Assembly: GCA_003427395.1 (NCBI GenBank)
Contig: BFEA01000044.1
Location: 1,761,974 to 1,825,973, forward strand
Direction of reading: 5' to 3'
From: Chara braunii
Taxonomy: Eukaryota; Plantae; Charophyceae
Length of the DNA stretch: 64,000 bases
Shown in pieces: positions 12,563 through 26,137 of the stretch. Numbering within the stretch: position 1 is the stretch's first letter; each line of letters starts with the position of its first letter. The notes beneath the pieces were generated by a model that searched no databases, was not told the origin of the DNA, and saw only the letters and a list, made by a program, of their open reading frames with translations. The position numbers were made by a program, and so were the translations under genes.

Positions 12563-12782
12563 NNNNNNNNNNNNNNNNNNNNNNNNNNNNNNNNNNNNNN
12601 NNNNNNNNNNNNNNNNNNNNNNNNNNNNNNNNNNNNNNNNNNNNNNNNNNNNNNNNNNNNNNNNNNNNNNNNNNNNNNNNNNNNNNNNNNNNNNNNNNNN
12701 NNNNNNNNNNNNNNNNNNNNNNNNNNNNNNNNNNNNNNNNNNNNNNNNNNNNNNNNNNNNNNNNNNNNNNNNNNNNNNNNNN

Positions 12783-12900
12783 AATGGGCCCGCCTGAACA
12801 GCAACAACTCGATATAGGGGCCCGCCTGAATGGGCCCGCCTGAACAGCAACGACTCGATATAGGGGCCCGCCTGAATGGGCCCGACCGAACAGCAACTCA
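12783..12900. repeat. ~46-bp tandem repeat abutting N gap
   Basis: gggcccgcctgaatgggcccgcctgaacagcaacaactcgatata repeated. Confidence 0.8.
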
Positions 12901-13319
12901 GCAGCTCAGCAGCTCAACATAGCAACGTCATATGAGTATCTTTGTAACGAGTGGACTAGAATATGAGGAATGGGACTGCCAGTATCGTCACTGTGAAGGA
13001 CTGATCATCAAGGTGTTATCTATGCAAAGGCCAGTTGCAAAATACTCCGTGTGCAAACTGGACTGCGCTGATATCATAGGTGCAGGAAAATTACCGTCCG
13101 CACAGGGACTGATATGAATATTGTCCATGCAGAGACTGATCGGCAAGAAATCAAATCAGCCGGAGTTGGGGCTAGTCTTACCATCAGAGACATCCAGTCA
13201 CGTCCTCAAGACTAATCACACTAGCAAGGCGCACGTCCCCGACCATCATACAGGTGGGACGTGCGTTCTAGAATCATCAGAACATCAGAGCGCACACGCA
13301 CATAGCCTCCCTGAGCCAG

Positions 13320-15330
13320 GGCGCACTCATGTAATGATACCGAGCGTGGGCGCGCATGGGCGCACTCTCAGTAGGCACTACTAAGCTTGGGCACGCATGG
13401 GCGCGCACTCAAATCACACTTCCAAGCTTGGGCGGCATGGGCGCGCATGGGCGCGCACTCAAATCGTAGTTCCAAGCTTGGGCACGCATGGGCGTGCACT
13501 ATAATAGCAATTTTGGGCATGGGCGCGCATGGGTGCGCACTAAAACAACAATGCCAATCGTGGGCGCGCATGGGCGCGCACTCAAATAGCAAAACCAAGC
13601 TCGGGCGCGCATGGGCGCACACTCTCACAACAATGACAAGCTTAGGCACGAATGGGCGCACACTTAAATAACACTTATCAAGCTTGGGCACGCATGGGCA
13701 TGCACTCAAATAGCCAAACCGAGACTGGGTGCGTACTCAAACCGCCAAACTGAGGCAGGGCGCGCACTCGAACAGCCAAACTGAGGCTGGGCGCACACTC
13801 CAACAGCCAAACTGAGACTGGGCGCGCACTCAAATAGCCAAACTGAGACTGGGCGTGCACTCGAACAGCCAAACTGAGACTGGGTGCGCACTCGAACAGC
13901 CAAACTGAGGCTTGGCGCGAACTCAGACAACTTGCCCGAGCCTGGGCGCGCACTCAGACAACTTGCCCGAGCCTGGGCGCGCACTCAGACAACTTGCCCG
14001 AGCCTGCGCGCGCACTCAGACAACTTGCCCGAGTGGGAATCCGCACTGGTGTATGGTCCAGAATTGGCAAGGATCGTCGATGAGACAACTCTCAATGGGG
14101 TGCACGTTGGCTCTCATAATCGACAGCGAGGTCCACAGGTTGAGTGCGCACTGGCGCGCTAGCTCAGAAATCATCACGGTAGAGTACACAGATTGAGTGC
14201 GCATGGGCGCACTGACTCGAGCTCATCAAAGCAGAGTTTACAGATTGAGTGCGCACTGTTGCACAGACTCAAATTCTTCAAAAGTTCAGTTCACAAATTG
14301 AGTGCGCCCTGTCGCACTGGCTCAAGTTCATCAAAGTCGAGTTTTTGGGATGGAGTGCGCACTGTCGCACAGACTCAAATTCATCAAAAGTTGAGTTCAC
14401 AGATTGAGTGCGCACTGTCTCAAGATCATCAATGCCGAGTTTACAGATGGAGTGCGCACTGTTGCACAGACTCAAGATCATCAATGTCGAGGTTTGCAGA
14501 TGGAGTGCGCACTGTCGCACAGTCTCAAATTCATCAAAGTCGAGTTTTGCAAATCGTACGTGCAGTGTCACCCTCAAGCTTGAGTGCGCACAGTCACACT
14601 TGCTCAAGATCATCAATGTTGAGTTTACAAATTGAGTGCGTATTGTCGTACAGGCTCAAGATCGTCATGCCGAGTTTACAGATGAAGTGCGCACCGTCGC
14701 ACATACTCAAGATCATCGATGCCGAGTTTACAGATTGAGTGCGCACTGTCGCACATACTCAAGTTCATCAAAGTCGAAGCTTGCAAATCGAGTGCGCAAC
14801 GTCTCACTTGAGTTTGAGTGTGCGCAGTCACACTTACTCAAGATTATCAATGCAATGTTCACTGGCTGAGTGCGCAGTATCGCACTTACCTAGGATCATT
14901 AAAGCCGAGTTCTACAGATCGGGTGCGCAGTGTGGCACCCACTCAAAGCTGAGTCGCAGTTATTCAACCTCGTCAATGCAGGGCTTTACTGGCTGAGTGC
15001 GCGGTATCGCGCTCACTCAAGATCACTGAGACAAGGTTTGTAAATCGACGGCGCAGTGTCGCACTCAAGTTTGAGTGTGCACAGTCGCACATACTCAAGG
15101 TTATCAGAACGGTTTGCAGATTGAGTTCCCGCTTGGAATAATGAATCGAAGCTTATGGACCAAGTGCCTTCTTGGCATGCGGATTCAAATGCAATAATAG
15201 CAAATCTGTAATTCGAGTGCCCCTTGGCATGCTGGCTCAGATGCAATAAAAGCAAATCTGTAATTTGAGTGCCCCTTGGCACGCTGGCTCAAATACAATA
15301 AAATGCGATTCACTGATCGAGTGCCTTCTG
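13320..15330. repeat. Composite minisatellite with GCGCGCACTC core: ~31-43 bp units on the left, ~50-60 bp units with the core inverted on the right
   Basis: gggcgcgcactc units to ~14030; gagtgcgcac units from ~14140. Confidence 0.85.
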
Positions 15331-16329
15331 GCACACTGCTTGAATGTGATACAGCAAAGTTCATGGATCGTGTGGCCCCTCCCCGGGGCACGGTATACGA
15401 GGGTGCACAATCCCTGGCTTACCAACAGTCTTCAGACACAGTGCACGTGGGGGCGCAGCATCATCAGCCCTCAGGTANNNNNNNNNNNNNNNNNNNNNNN
15501 NNNNNNNNNNNNNNNNNNNNNNNNNNNNNNNNNNNNNNNNNNNNNNNNNNNNNNNNNNNNNNNNNNNNNNNNNNNNNNNNNNNNNNNNNNNNNNNNNNNN
15601 NNNNNNNNNNNNNNNNNNNNNNNNNNNNNNNNNNNNNNNNNNNNNNNNNNNNNNNNNNNNNNNNNNNNNNNNNNNNNNNNNNNNNNNNNNNNNNNNNNNN
15701 NNNNNNNNNNNNNNNNNNNNNNNNNNNNNNNNNNNNNNNNNNNNNNNNNNNNNNNNNNNNNNNNNNNNNNNNNNNNNNNNNNNNNNNNNNNNNNNNNNNN
15801 NNNNNNNNNNNNNNNNNNNNNNNNNNNNNNNNNNNNNNNNNNNNNNNNNNNNNNNNNNNNNNNNNNNNNNNNNNNNNNNNNNNNNNNNNNNNNNNNNNNN
15901 NNNNNNNNNNNNNNNNNNNNNNNNNNNNNNNNNNNNNNNNNNNNNNNNNNNNNNNNNNNNNNNNNNNNNNNNNNNNNNNNNNNNNNNNNNNNNNNNNNNN
16001 NNNNNNNNNNNNNNNNNNNNNNNNNNNNNNNNNNNNNNNNNNNNNNNNNNNNNNNNNNNNNNNNNNNNNNNNNNNNNNNNNNNNNNNNNNNNNNNNNNNN
16101 NNNNNNNNNNNNNNNNNNNNNNNNNNNNNNNNNNNNNNNNNNNNNNNNNNNNNNNNNNNNNNNNNNNNNNNNNNNNNNNNNNNNNNNNNNNNNNNNNNNN
16201 NNNNNNNNNNNNNNNNNNNNNNNNNNNNNNNNCCCGCAAGTGAGGGCCTCCCTCTCCAAGTGGCACGGCCTCTCTTTTATAGTGAAGAGGCCGGGTGGTC
16301 GGGCGAAGTGCAGCAGTCCTTGGGCTACA

Positions 16330-16760
16330 AATAGCACAGGCTTGTGCTAAAATTAGCACAGGCCTGTACTAAAATTAGCGTGGGACTGGGACAGTCCCGA
16401 CTTTGGGACACGATCAGTCAGTCCCGTGCTATGCCTGTGCTAAATATAGCACGGGCCTATGCTAAAATTAGCGCGGGACTGCTCTAAAATTAGCGCGGGA
16501 CTGGGACAGTCTCGACTTTGGGACGCGAACAGTCAGTCCTGTGTTAAAAATAGCATGGGCCTGCGCTAAATATAGCGCAGGGCTGTGCTAAAATTAGCGC
16601 GGGACAGGGCTAAAATTAGCGCAGGGCTTGGGATAAAAATAGCGCGGGCCTGCACTAAAAATAACCCAGGCCTGTGCTAAAAATAGCGTGGCCTACGCTA
16701 AAAATAGTTCAGACCAGTACTAAAATTAGTGTCGGGCTTAAACTGGCCCGACTTTGGAAT
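16330..16760. repeat. ~21-22 bp tandem repeat (gcctgtgctaaaattagcgcgg)
   Basis: Directly visible. Confidence 0.85.
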
Positions 16761-17419
16761 ACTAAGGGTCGGCCTTGTTTTTGAAAACAAAACACCCCTC
16801 TTAATGTTAACAAGGGGCCAATCCCGTATTCCCTTTGACCATTTCGGGCTGTACTCTTCCCGACGCGGTAAGTCCGGTCCCAAGTGGTCAATTCTCACTA
16901 ACCCTTGGTCCATTTTCAGTGCCATTCGGACCGGGTCCTACTAATTTAGCCCTTGTAGACGCGGCGGCTCAGCCCAAAAGCCGTGATTCGATCTCCATGG
17001 GGCTGGACCGTCGTGCCGTCTTGCCCGTTTACTCGACCCAAGGGACCAACCAGCGCATTAACATTTTGCTGATCGTGACCACAAGCAACCCTGCATCACG
17101 GAGGCGGAGCGCGACGAGTCAACTATACGTTGACGCGGCGCGCCGCTCTCCGACAGCGCGACGAAGGAGGAGACAGCCATAGCCTTGGCTGGAGCACTCT
17201 GCTCCACCTTGGCAGGCTGGTCTCTAGGGGGACTCTGCGGCAGCGTGGTGAGGAGCGGCAGCGGAGCGTGGCAAGGAGCAACGGGGAACACCACAAGTGG
17301 TGGGGTTATGCTGCCGAAATACCGCGGCGTCGGCGCGACACCTTTATTCTGAGGGGTGACGCTGCCGTTTTCACGGCACGTCAGCGGCACTTTGTTTTGA
17401 AGAGTGAGATTGTCGTTTT

Positions 17420-17950
17420 CACGGCACGGTAGTACATCGCGGTGGAGCGCCGCCGTCTTTTTGCGGTGGTACTGCGTGGCGAAGCGCCGCCGTTTTTTTA
17501 CGGTGGTACGGCACGGCGAAGCGCCGCCGTCTTTTTGCGGTGGTACAACACGGCGAAGCGCTGCCGTTTTTCTTACGGTGGTACGGCACGGCGAAGCGCC
17601 GCCGTCTTTTTGCGGTGGTACAGCACGGCGAAGCGCTGCCGTTTTTTTACGGTGGTACGACACAGCGAAGCGCCGCCATCTTTTTGCGGTGGTACGGCAC
17701 GACGAAGCGCTGCCTTTTTTTTTACTGTGGTACGACACAGTGAAGCGCCGCCGTCTTTTTGCGGTGGTACGGCACGGTGAAGCGCTGCCGTTTTTTTATG
17801 CGGCACGACGAAGCGCCGCCGTCTTTTTATGGTGGTACGGCACGGCAAAGCGCTGCCGTTTTTTTTATGCTGGTACGGCACGACGAAGCGCCGCCGTCTT
17901 TTTACGGTGGTACGACACGGCGGAGCGCTGCCGTTTTTTTTTTTTACGGG
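17420..17950. repeat. Tandem repeat (cggtggtacggcacggcgaagcgccgccgtctttttg), two alternating variants
   Basis: Directly visible; accounts for the spurious repetitive ORFs on both strands. Confidence 0.9.
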
Positions 17951-20879
17951 GCAGGGCGCGACGACGTGCTGCCATTTTCCGACGAAAGTTCGGCGTGGCA
18001 GTGGAGTTGCGGCACAACAGTGGGACATGCGGCGCGGCAGTGAAGGTTTTTTTTACGGCGCTGAAAGTTTTTTTGTTGTAGCGCGACATCTGCTTTTCTT
18101 GGTGAAGGTCTGCTACCATTGGTGTGTACGGCAGCAGCAGCGTGACATGGTGGCCGTTGATGGCATGCTATGGTACGAAATCTGAGCACGACTGACGGGT
18201 TTATTTTTTTATGCGGCACATGAGATAAATGTTTTGTAGTTTGGACTACCCAACACTTGCGGCAGTGGGACTGGACTACTTGGGACTACCTGGGTTAAGT
18301 TGGGACTGACGTGGGACGCGGACGGCCATTTGCAGCAGTCTCGACGCATGCGGTTTTCAAATTCGACACCGGTTTTATTTTTTTGAGAAGTCTGGCGAAA
18401 GCGGTTTTTGACTCAAAGTGTTTGACAGCATGGGACCACCTAGAACCGAGTGGAACCATCTGGGACCGCTTAGGACCAGTTGGGACTTACATGGTACCTG
18501 ATTGAGTGTTTTTTTATGGGACGCAAGCGGCTCGCCGCTTTCACGTTTGGGTTACCGCGGATGAGGCGTGCGAGTGAGAGGTGGTTTGATCAGGATTTTC
18601 CTTAAGACTACAGCTTTTGGCGGCACACACGGCTTGTTGGTTGGCTTTCTTGAGTGAGCCAGGATGCTTCTTCGGCACCACTTCACTCAAGGCCAATGGA
18701 CGACTCAGACTCCCTTCACACCTGTGTGCACCCACACATTGCTTGACCCTTTTGCTTCGAATGTTCAAGAGAAAAGGTTGAGTTGGGTTGTGGGCGTCAT
18801 GCGTGAGTGAAAAGGTGGGTCTAACGTGAGTAGTGGGACTTTGCTTGTCTTCTTTTGATTGTGTTGTCTGCCTGGTGTGCAGGTGAGTAAAAAGACTATG
18901 TATAAAAGTGGGACAAAATGCTATTTGATAAAATGGCGAAGAATTTTTGCCTCCTTACCATTTTCCTTTCGTCAGTGAGTTGGGTGAACTTGCTTGCTAT
19001 TTCTGAAGGATAATTGATGGGTGCCGTGAGAAAAGGAATTTTGAAAACAAAAAGAGAATCAAAGCATAATGAATTTAACTTTTCTCAAGGATTGACCGCC
19101 TCTATTCTGAATGACCTTATCTGCCTATACCTGTCCAAATGATTCCCATTATTTATCCCTTTTGATTTCCCTTTGCTTAAGTTACCCTGAGCTTAGGAAA
19201 AATTGGAACAATTGAAAGTTACTTGTAGTGGACACATGTTCTCTCTCCAGGAAGCATCTGGGGCGAAGGTTCGTTGCTTTCGGAGCCGACCCTGTAATCG
19301 ACCCGGAGTGGACCGTTCTACGGGGGGGTACTTTGCCGACTCGGTGGAGACGGCCCGACTTCTGAGGTCCGAGTCTTGTGCTCGGGCGAGGAGGAGGAGT
19401 ACCCCAGACCACTTCCTAGAGGGTGAGGCATGCAACACCTCAAGCAATGCACCTGATAAAGAATCATCCGCAAAGCAGTCTGTCATCGAAAAGATTAGGA
19501 ACGGAAGGCAACAAGTGTATGCATGTCGAATCTTAGGTCGACGGTAGGTTGGAATGAATGACTTTGGCACCACATCTCATCAAGTCAAAACTAAGGCAGT
19601 GCGACTACCTTGTCGGCTGCATCAATATTATTGTCGATAGTCAACTTCTTGTTGGTGGTTGTCTGATTGTTTTGTGATGTTCGACCTGAGATGGTGGGAT
19701 TGTATTTCGATCCTATGTTATTGGATGTATCTAATGATGATTTGGATTCTATCTGTCATTATTTCATATTGAAAATATTTTCCTATTGACCACGGTCGAT
19801 TTTTTTTTTTATATAATTATTATATGTGGTCGTTTAACTTTCTCTTGACTGGTGTCTAAAGGGACTGGGATATTGTGGGTTTCACACTTGCTTGAGACCG
19901 TCCTAGTCGGCCGGCGTACGCTTCTTTTCTTAGGAAATCAGCGCCCTAATGGACGAGAGACGTCCGAGTTCAATTGGCGTTTTAATTGCGCGTACCTATA
20001 CTACAGCGAGCGAGCAAACGCCCTCGACTGACCCACCTCTGCAACTGCATGTAAAAGCTTTCGCATGTGGGTCAGTAGCTCGGTAGGGATACGCCCCTAA
20101 GGGTGGTGACAGCCCCTTAGGGAAGCAAGCTAATGGCCCGCGGGAACCTGTCCTGTCGTTGGGGACCGCGGGATCTACAGCTGGCGCACCCGGCTAGAGC
20201 AGCGAAGGGATGTTGCAACCGCGACCGTCTCGGCGGTTCGCAGAATGTTTTGCGTCATCCCCAAGTTGTCTCTAAAGTTTTTGTTTAAACTCCTGCGTGA
20301 CATGGCCGGGAGGGCCCTCGCTCGCGCGGGGGCCGATGCGCTCGACACCGGAAGTCAAGTTAACCAGTTTACCTCGACCAAAGGAAGTGCGGGTTGAGAA
20401 GCCGGAGGTGGGTCTCGAGATCCCCGATGTTTTGCAACTTATTAAGGCCATCAGATATCACAAGGTAGGGGTGGACCCAGCTGCACTCACAAAGTTTGAA
20501 GGAGAGGTCCGAAAAGGTTGTTGCCTGAACGGGAAACTCGTAAGTATCCAGCCACGAGTTGCCGAGACGCCAAGGGCAGTCTCCACCATTCATTTTTCTG
20601 GAGAAAGATCCCGAAAGGAAGTGTTTGCAAGTATAAGCCAATAGGAAAGAAGGCTAAGCCGGTCTCGACCTTGTTGGAGACAACTAAGGAAGAGGTTATG
20701 GATAAAGAGGAAGAGGTCCTCCGGGTAATCAACAAAAGGCGGCCGACTGAAGGGCATTAGATACCGGACGAAGTAGCGGATATCATGAAAATAGGAGTGG
20801 AAGGGTTCCTTACGGAGCAAGAAACACGTTTGATCAAGGAAACCTATCAAGAGTGTGATACTCGATGCTTGGCTCACTA

Positions 20880-21985
20880 ACCATCAAGTTCTTGATGTTT
20901 GTGGTAAAACATCTTAGATACATGGTAACCAGGACCTGTGGATCATAGCGAACACCAAGAACGATTGTAAGTTTTTTCGTGGCGGTGGTGAGCTCTCGCG
21001 CGGACTTGTACTTTCGAGCATCAAGTCAGGCCAACACATCAGTGGCCTGCTGGCCCTGCTGAGGGTTGTGCCATCGGGTTTCAGCCAACTCCATGAAACT
21101 CTCTGAGGTATGGGTCTTTGCCAGTAATTCATCCGTCAGTCGAAACCCTTGGATGCCACTAATTCATCTAGCCATCTTGTTGTCGATCCCTCAAGATATG
21201 AGGCGACGGTGATCACCTCTTCTTCTAGCGACACCCTCTTTGCCCTTACCAACACTGGAACCGTCCTCAACCAAGTGTCGAGTGCCTCATCCTTCTTATC
21301 ACGAGAGGTCTGAGGTGGTTTCAGTGGGGTTTTGAGGTACAAAGGTTGTTGTGGTCCCATTGGTGGGCCCGGCTGCGGCCTCGTAGCGGCAACAGAAGGA
21401 TGAAAAAGCATCAGTTTGTGCTGCTGCTGCTGACGTTCCACTTGGTGGAATACCAAATTGTGGGACAAATAGGCTTCTCATCGCCGGTGTAAAGTTTCGC
21501 AATGGAAGTGCTACTTGAGACCGGACACTGGGCCGACCAATTAAGGAGGGATGCGGTTCTCTTGCCTGCATGGCATTCAGTATCTGGTCAAGGGTATCCT
21601 GGATGTCATCGAATTTGCTGTCTACGTATGCATACAAGCTCAACATACCCAACTTGAGGATCTTGCTAGTGCCGTTAGGGGTCGGGTCATCTAACCCTTC
21701 TATTGCAACCTTGCTTGCCCTTCTATTCTCTAGTTTGGATTTCCTATTTCTAATCTTCATTTCTCTTTCGGTAGCTTCTCTAAGTTCCTTTTCTAACAGT
21801 AAGCGGATCAACTCCACCTATTGGAGTTAAATGGCCTCTCGTGTGCGCGGAGGTGGCGAGTTGTACTGCGAGCCCGCCATCTGACTTGAAAAAGTGCCTG
21901 CACTAATCCCGCTGGACGTAGCCTGCGAACTGGACGATGTGCCTAACGTTTGCTAACCCTGAGCCGTAGCAGCAGAGGTAGCCAT
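20880..21985 (-). pseudogene. Gypsy gag fragment
   Basis: RDKKDEALDTWLRTVPVLVRAK...VASYLEGSTTRWLD and SLFVPQFGIPP are homologous to the gag at 46.7-47.3 kb, which is linked to PR and RT. Confidence 0.75.
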
Positions 21986-24639
21986 AGTTTTAGAAATGGC
22001 TACTGCCACTGCTACTACTTCCCTAGCCCTTTGCGAACGTTCAAAATTTGCCTCCCGTCTTATAGCTCTCTCGCCCTCAGGTGGCAAGGCCTGGTGCACG
22101 ACAGGGATCCTAAGTGACTCCAATCATGTCACCGTTCTCCCTTCAGATCTATCCTCCGCACTACCCGATCCACTCATCACCGTTCTCCCTTCAGATCTAT
22201 CCTCCGCACTACCCGATCCACTCATAAACTATGCAACTCATTGCCTGCACTAGCGCCCTCATTGGGGCCTACCACAACATGTGTAATAATAAAAAATAAA
22301 TAAATATTCGGCAAGTCACCTAGACTACCGATCAAGTGGTGTCAACAACATTTACACAAACTGAGCAAATGATAGATTCCTCCTTTGATCAGTTCTCTAA
22401 CTTCTCTTACATGAGCATCACACGAAACTGGCAATGGTAGACTACTATAGTTCTAATCTAAAGTTGTTTGTTAGATGTTAGCAGTCTGTCCACCATAACT
22501 AATCAAAAATAAAAGTAAATAAAGTGCGCAGATGTATGCAAGAAATGGGAATAATTTTGTTTTGTGTACAAGCACCGATTGGAACCTTCCCTTCCCTGTA
22601 TCCAACGAACCTGATTGCATCATCGATCAGCGGTGTCTAGGGTGTGCACATCGGCCTGCCCCTGTGCCTAGGAAACTGCCCTTTATTTATCATCGCGTGC
22701 AATGAGCCTTATGTCCGATGATCTGGCTGATCAAAAGGCAATTTAAGGACAGCCCCCAAAGTCCTAAGGAATTATTTAACATCGCAGACATGACGACAAT
22801 CACAACTAGATATCAGATCCCCACCAGAGGTTCTTTATAGACCTTCTGATACACGTCTCGCACAGGAGTGGCCAGTCCACGTTCCCTCTGTAGCGAAGCA
22901 AGAGCTCAAAGGACAAAGCAGCAAAGCAAGCGTGCTCTACCCCCATGGCATGGTGACTGTGACCCGTGCTTCGACCAGGCCCCTTCGAAGGCACCGCCCT
23001 GTCCTGCCAGATGCGCCACCAGGAAGAATGTCGACTTTCGAGGTAGAGTGCTCACTTCCTCGCGGTAAGAAGAGACTGAGATGGGAAGATAAGGTAAACG
23101 AACAACATACCTGAAGATAGCTGCCTCCAACCACAATGTTTTCACCAATTGAGCGAACGTGGATTTCGATGACCGGTCATAGCCTCGGTACCACTCACAA
23201 TGCAATGTAGTGCCACCTCAGCCAAAATGTCATGTCAGCATGCTCTCATCATCCCACATACATCCGCTATCGCCACAGCCTACCGGCGACACTCCCCCGT
23301 ACCCGGGAGTCCCCCAATCAAGCCAGCGCCAATGTATCCTCATTGCGTAGAAGGTTCATCAGTGCTAATGCCGGCACTTCCTGGTCACACCAACACTGTA
23401 CCCAATGTCGCTCCTATTGTCTAGCGCCCAGCGCTTACTACTCAGCCTATCTATCGTATCTACGTTCATGCGACTGGATCACATCGAAGTCGAAGACCAA
23501 AGTACGTGACGTCAACACCAGTGCTGACCACCAGCATAGACCAGGTACATTCTCTCTCCTCCACTCATCACACCTTGATCCCCTCTGTATGCCCCCCCTA
23601 CCCGAAGACGACCATCGTCATCACCTGCCTGCACCCCTGCAGCCCGACTATGGCTGCTGTGTGCCCACTGCCTCAGCAGCGCCCCTCACCTCAACATCCG
23701 TGTGCGCGTTCGACCAGCAGCGCCCGTGCAGACACTAGCGCAGCAACGCAGCAGCGTGTCCGCACTGCCTGCGAAGGCCGGAATGAGGCTGCCTTCGTGA
23801 GGTAGTTTCCTTTATGGAAAGTGTTGCCCTTCCTCTGGCCGTGTGGGCTTGGCCTGGGAGGTTTACAGTAGCTTCCAGTCGGGCCGCAGTGTCTGTGCCC
23901 AGACCCCACACTGCTGTTATGGGCCTGGGCCCTTTTCAGTTGGGCACGTCCAAGCAGCCACCCAGCCTCCAAGTGTTTGCAGCATTCGCATTGGCTAGCG
24001 GTGCCTGTGTGACGACAATGCTGCTTTCTCACTGGCCCGCGGCCAGTCCGTGATGTGTCGGCCTCACACGACATGTTCCCAGGGCGCAACCACCTGAGCC
24101 CTAGGCTCAACTGTACAGCGCAGCCCTTGCTTCTGGAAGGAGCCCGAAGGCTCACATTGCTCTGTAACCAACTGGCGTGCTGCAACCGTCTGATCCCCAC
24201 ATGTGGAAAAATGTCATAAAGAGGCCTCTCGTGGATATTCAGGCCCGCCTTCACTTAGGACGCGCGTGGGGTTACTAGGGCCGTAGCCCAGAACACTTGC
24301 ATGTCCGCTATGGGCCCCGCGAGTGCTCATTCCTCACACGGGCCTTACAAGTTCTTCATTTTTTCAGTTATTTTCTTCTTTTCTGTTCTGTTAGTAATGT
24401 TCTTCTCTCTTTTGTGAACCCGTCTGGAAGCAGCTGCCGTTTTCACATCTGGGGCCCGCCCATCCATTGCACCTTGTGGGCTGGCGACTCTATTTTTTTA
24501 GGCCCACCAGTCCTTTGCCCCAAAGCGCTACCTGCCCTCTGCCGAGGGGCCCAGGCCCAGGTGCAGTTTACTGCAATAGCAGGGACAGTGCGGGGGCGTG
24601 AACTGGTGGTTTGCGTGCACACCGAACAAACTGTGTAAG

Positions 24640-25260
24640 GGCTGGCGTCCCACACATCCTAGTGACTGCCCGTACCCAGACCAGATTCAGGGACTACCAC
24701 CGGATACAAGGGGATCTTCTGTTCAATACGAGACAGATCTTCAGCAAGTAAAGGAGAACGTGCGGAGAGCCCAGCACCAAATCGTAGAGCAAGCCAATAA
24801 ACACCGCAGACCATCACAATTTGCTGCAGGTGATTTGGTATGGTTTAAGTCCAAGGAGTTCGTTCCCAAGGAGGAGATATCGCGAAAGTTGTTGCTCACA
24901 TATACAGGACCATGGCAGATTCTCGATATCATTGGCGATGTAGATGGTCCCTCCTACACAGTTGAGATCCCAACGCATCTGCACACTTACCTGGTCTTCC
25001 ATGCTTCTAAGTTGCTTCCCTGTCTCACTAACGATCAATTCCCCTCGCGAAGGTCCATGATACCACCCGACATGGACGACAAATACGATGGAGACCGCAT
25101 TGTTGCAGAAGACACATATAGGATGCAAAGGGAGACCCCCGAGACAGTACAATGTCAGATTTGCTTACCAAGAACCTTAAGAAGACCGCAGGTTTACAAG
25201 GGATAAACTAATAGAGACTGCCCCGCATATAGTTTCCTATTACGAGAGGGCATGCAGAGG
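24640..25260 (+). pseudogene. Gypsy integrase C-terminus (GPY/F region) plus degenerate chromodomain-like tail
   Basis: ANKHRRPSQFAAGDLVW...YTGPWQIL...VFHASKL, then YDGDRIVAE. Confidence 0.8.
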
Positions 25261-25304
25261 AATTAACCTTGTAGATCGGTAAAGTTAGCAGCTTTCTCAG
25301 AGGA

Positions 25305-26003
25305 TGATACATGCTCGATCGAAGGATGTGTATGGAGCCAAAGGAAATGCAGCATCAGCGAAGCATCAACAAGCAATGTACATCCAGATACATACAAAAA
25401 TAGCACAACGTAGCGCAGCGGAAGACTCGAAGATATGACACGACCTGTCAGATACTGACATGACTCAACCCATCACACACCACACATGTGAGAGAGGTGG
25501 AGGGACCACACACATAGAAGAAGGGTCCCTCCTTGGACACGCACATGGAGGAGATACCACGGATGACGTGACGGAGGAGGAGCACGACGAAGATGGAGTT
25601 GAGGGAGAAGATCAAGATCGTGATAGCGAAGTCCAAAAATAGTCTCCCTGCCAAATGTCCAGTCAATGTCTGCCGTTACAATGTCGACTCAGATCCTGGG
25701 CCTCATAGCCCAACATAACCTCTGCCTGTAACCTCTCTCTCTCTTTCTGGAAGAAGAAGAAGAAAACGATGAGGAAGAGGAAGAAGGAGGAGAGGAAGAC
25801 GAAGAAGAAGAAGAAGTGGAGGGCGAGAACAAAAGAAGATGAACATGCCATCCTGGCGGCTGTCTCACCTGCAGGTAACTGCCGCCATGTGCTAACGAAC
25901 CGGCGTGTCCCTCTGTGCTGCAGGTCGCTGGCGAGAAGACCAACTATGGCACCCAGGTAGGTCCTCTGTCGCTGCAGGTATAGCCATCGCCTCAACCCCC
26001 CCC

Positions 26004-26072
<69 letters not shown>

Positions 26073-26082
26073 NNNNNNNNNN

Positions 26083-26137
<55 letters not shown>

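Noticed and set aside
15265-16359. Long ORFs across N gaps (also 12470-12896 and 28752-29207)
   Set aside because: Open only because of N runs and microsatellites.
16325-18240. CACTA element around the repeat arrays
   Set aside because: Only partial CTACAAA/TTTTGTAGT matches; no CACTA...TAGTG termini or 3-bp TSD.
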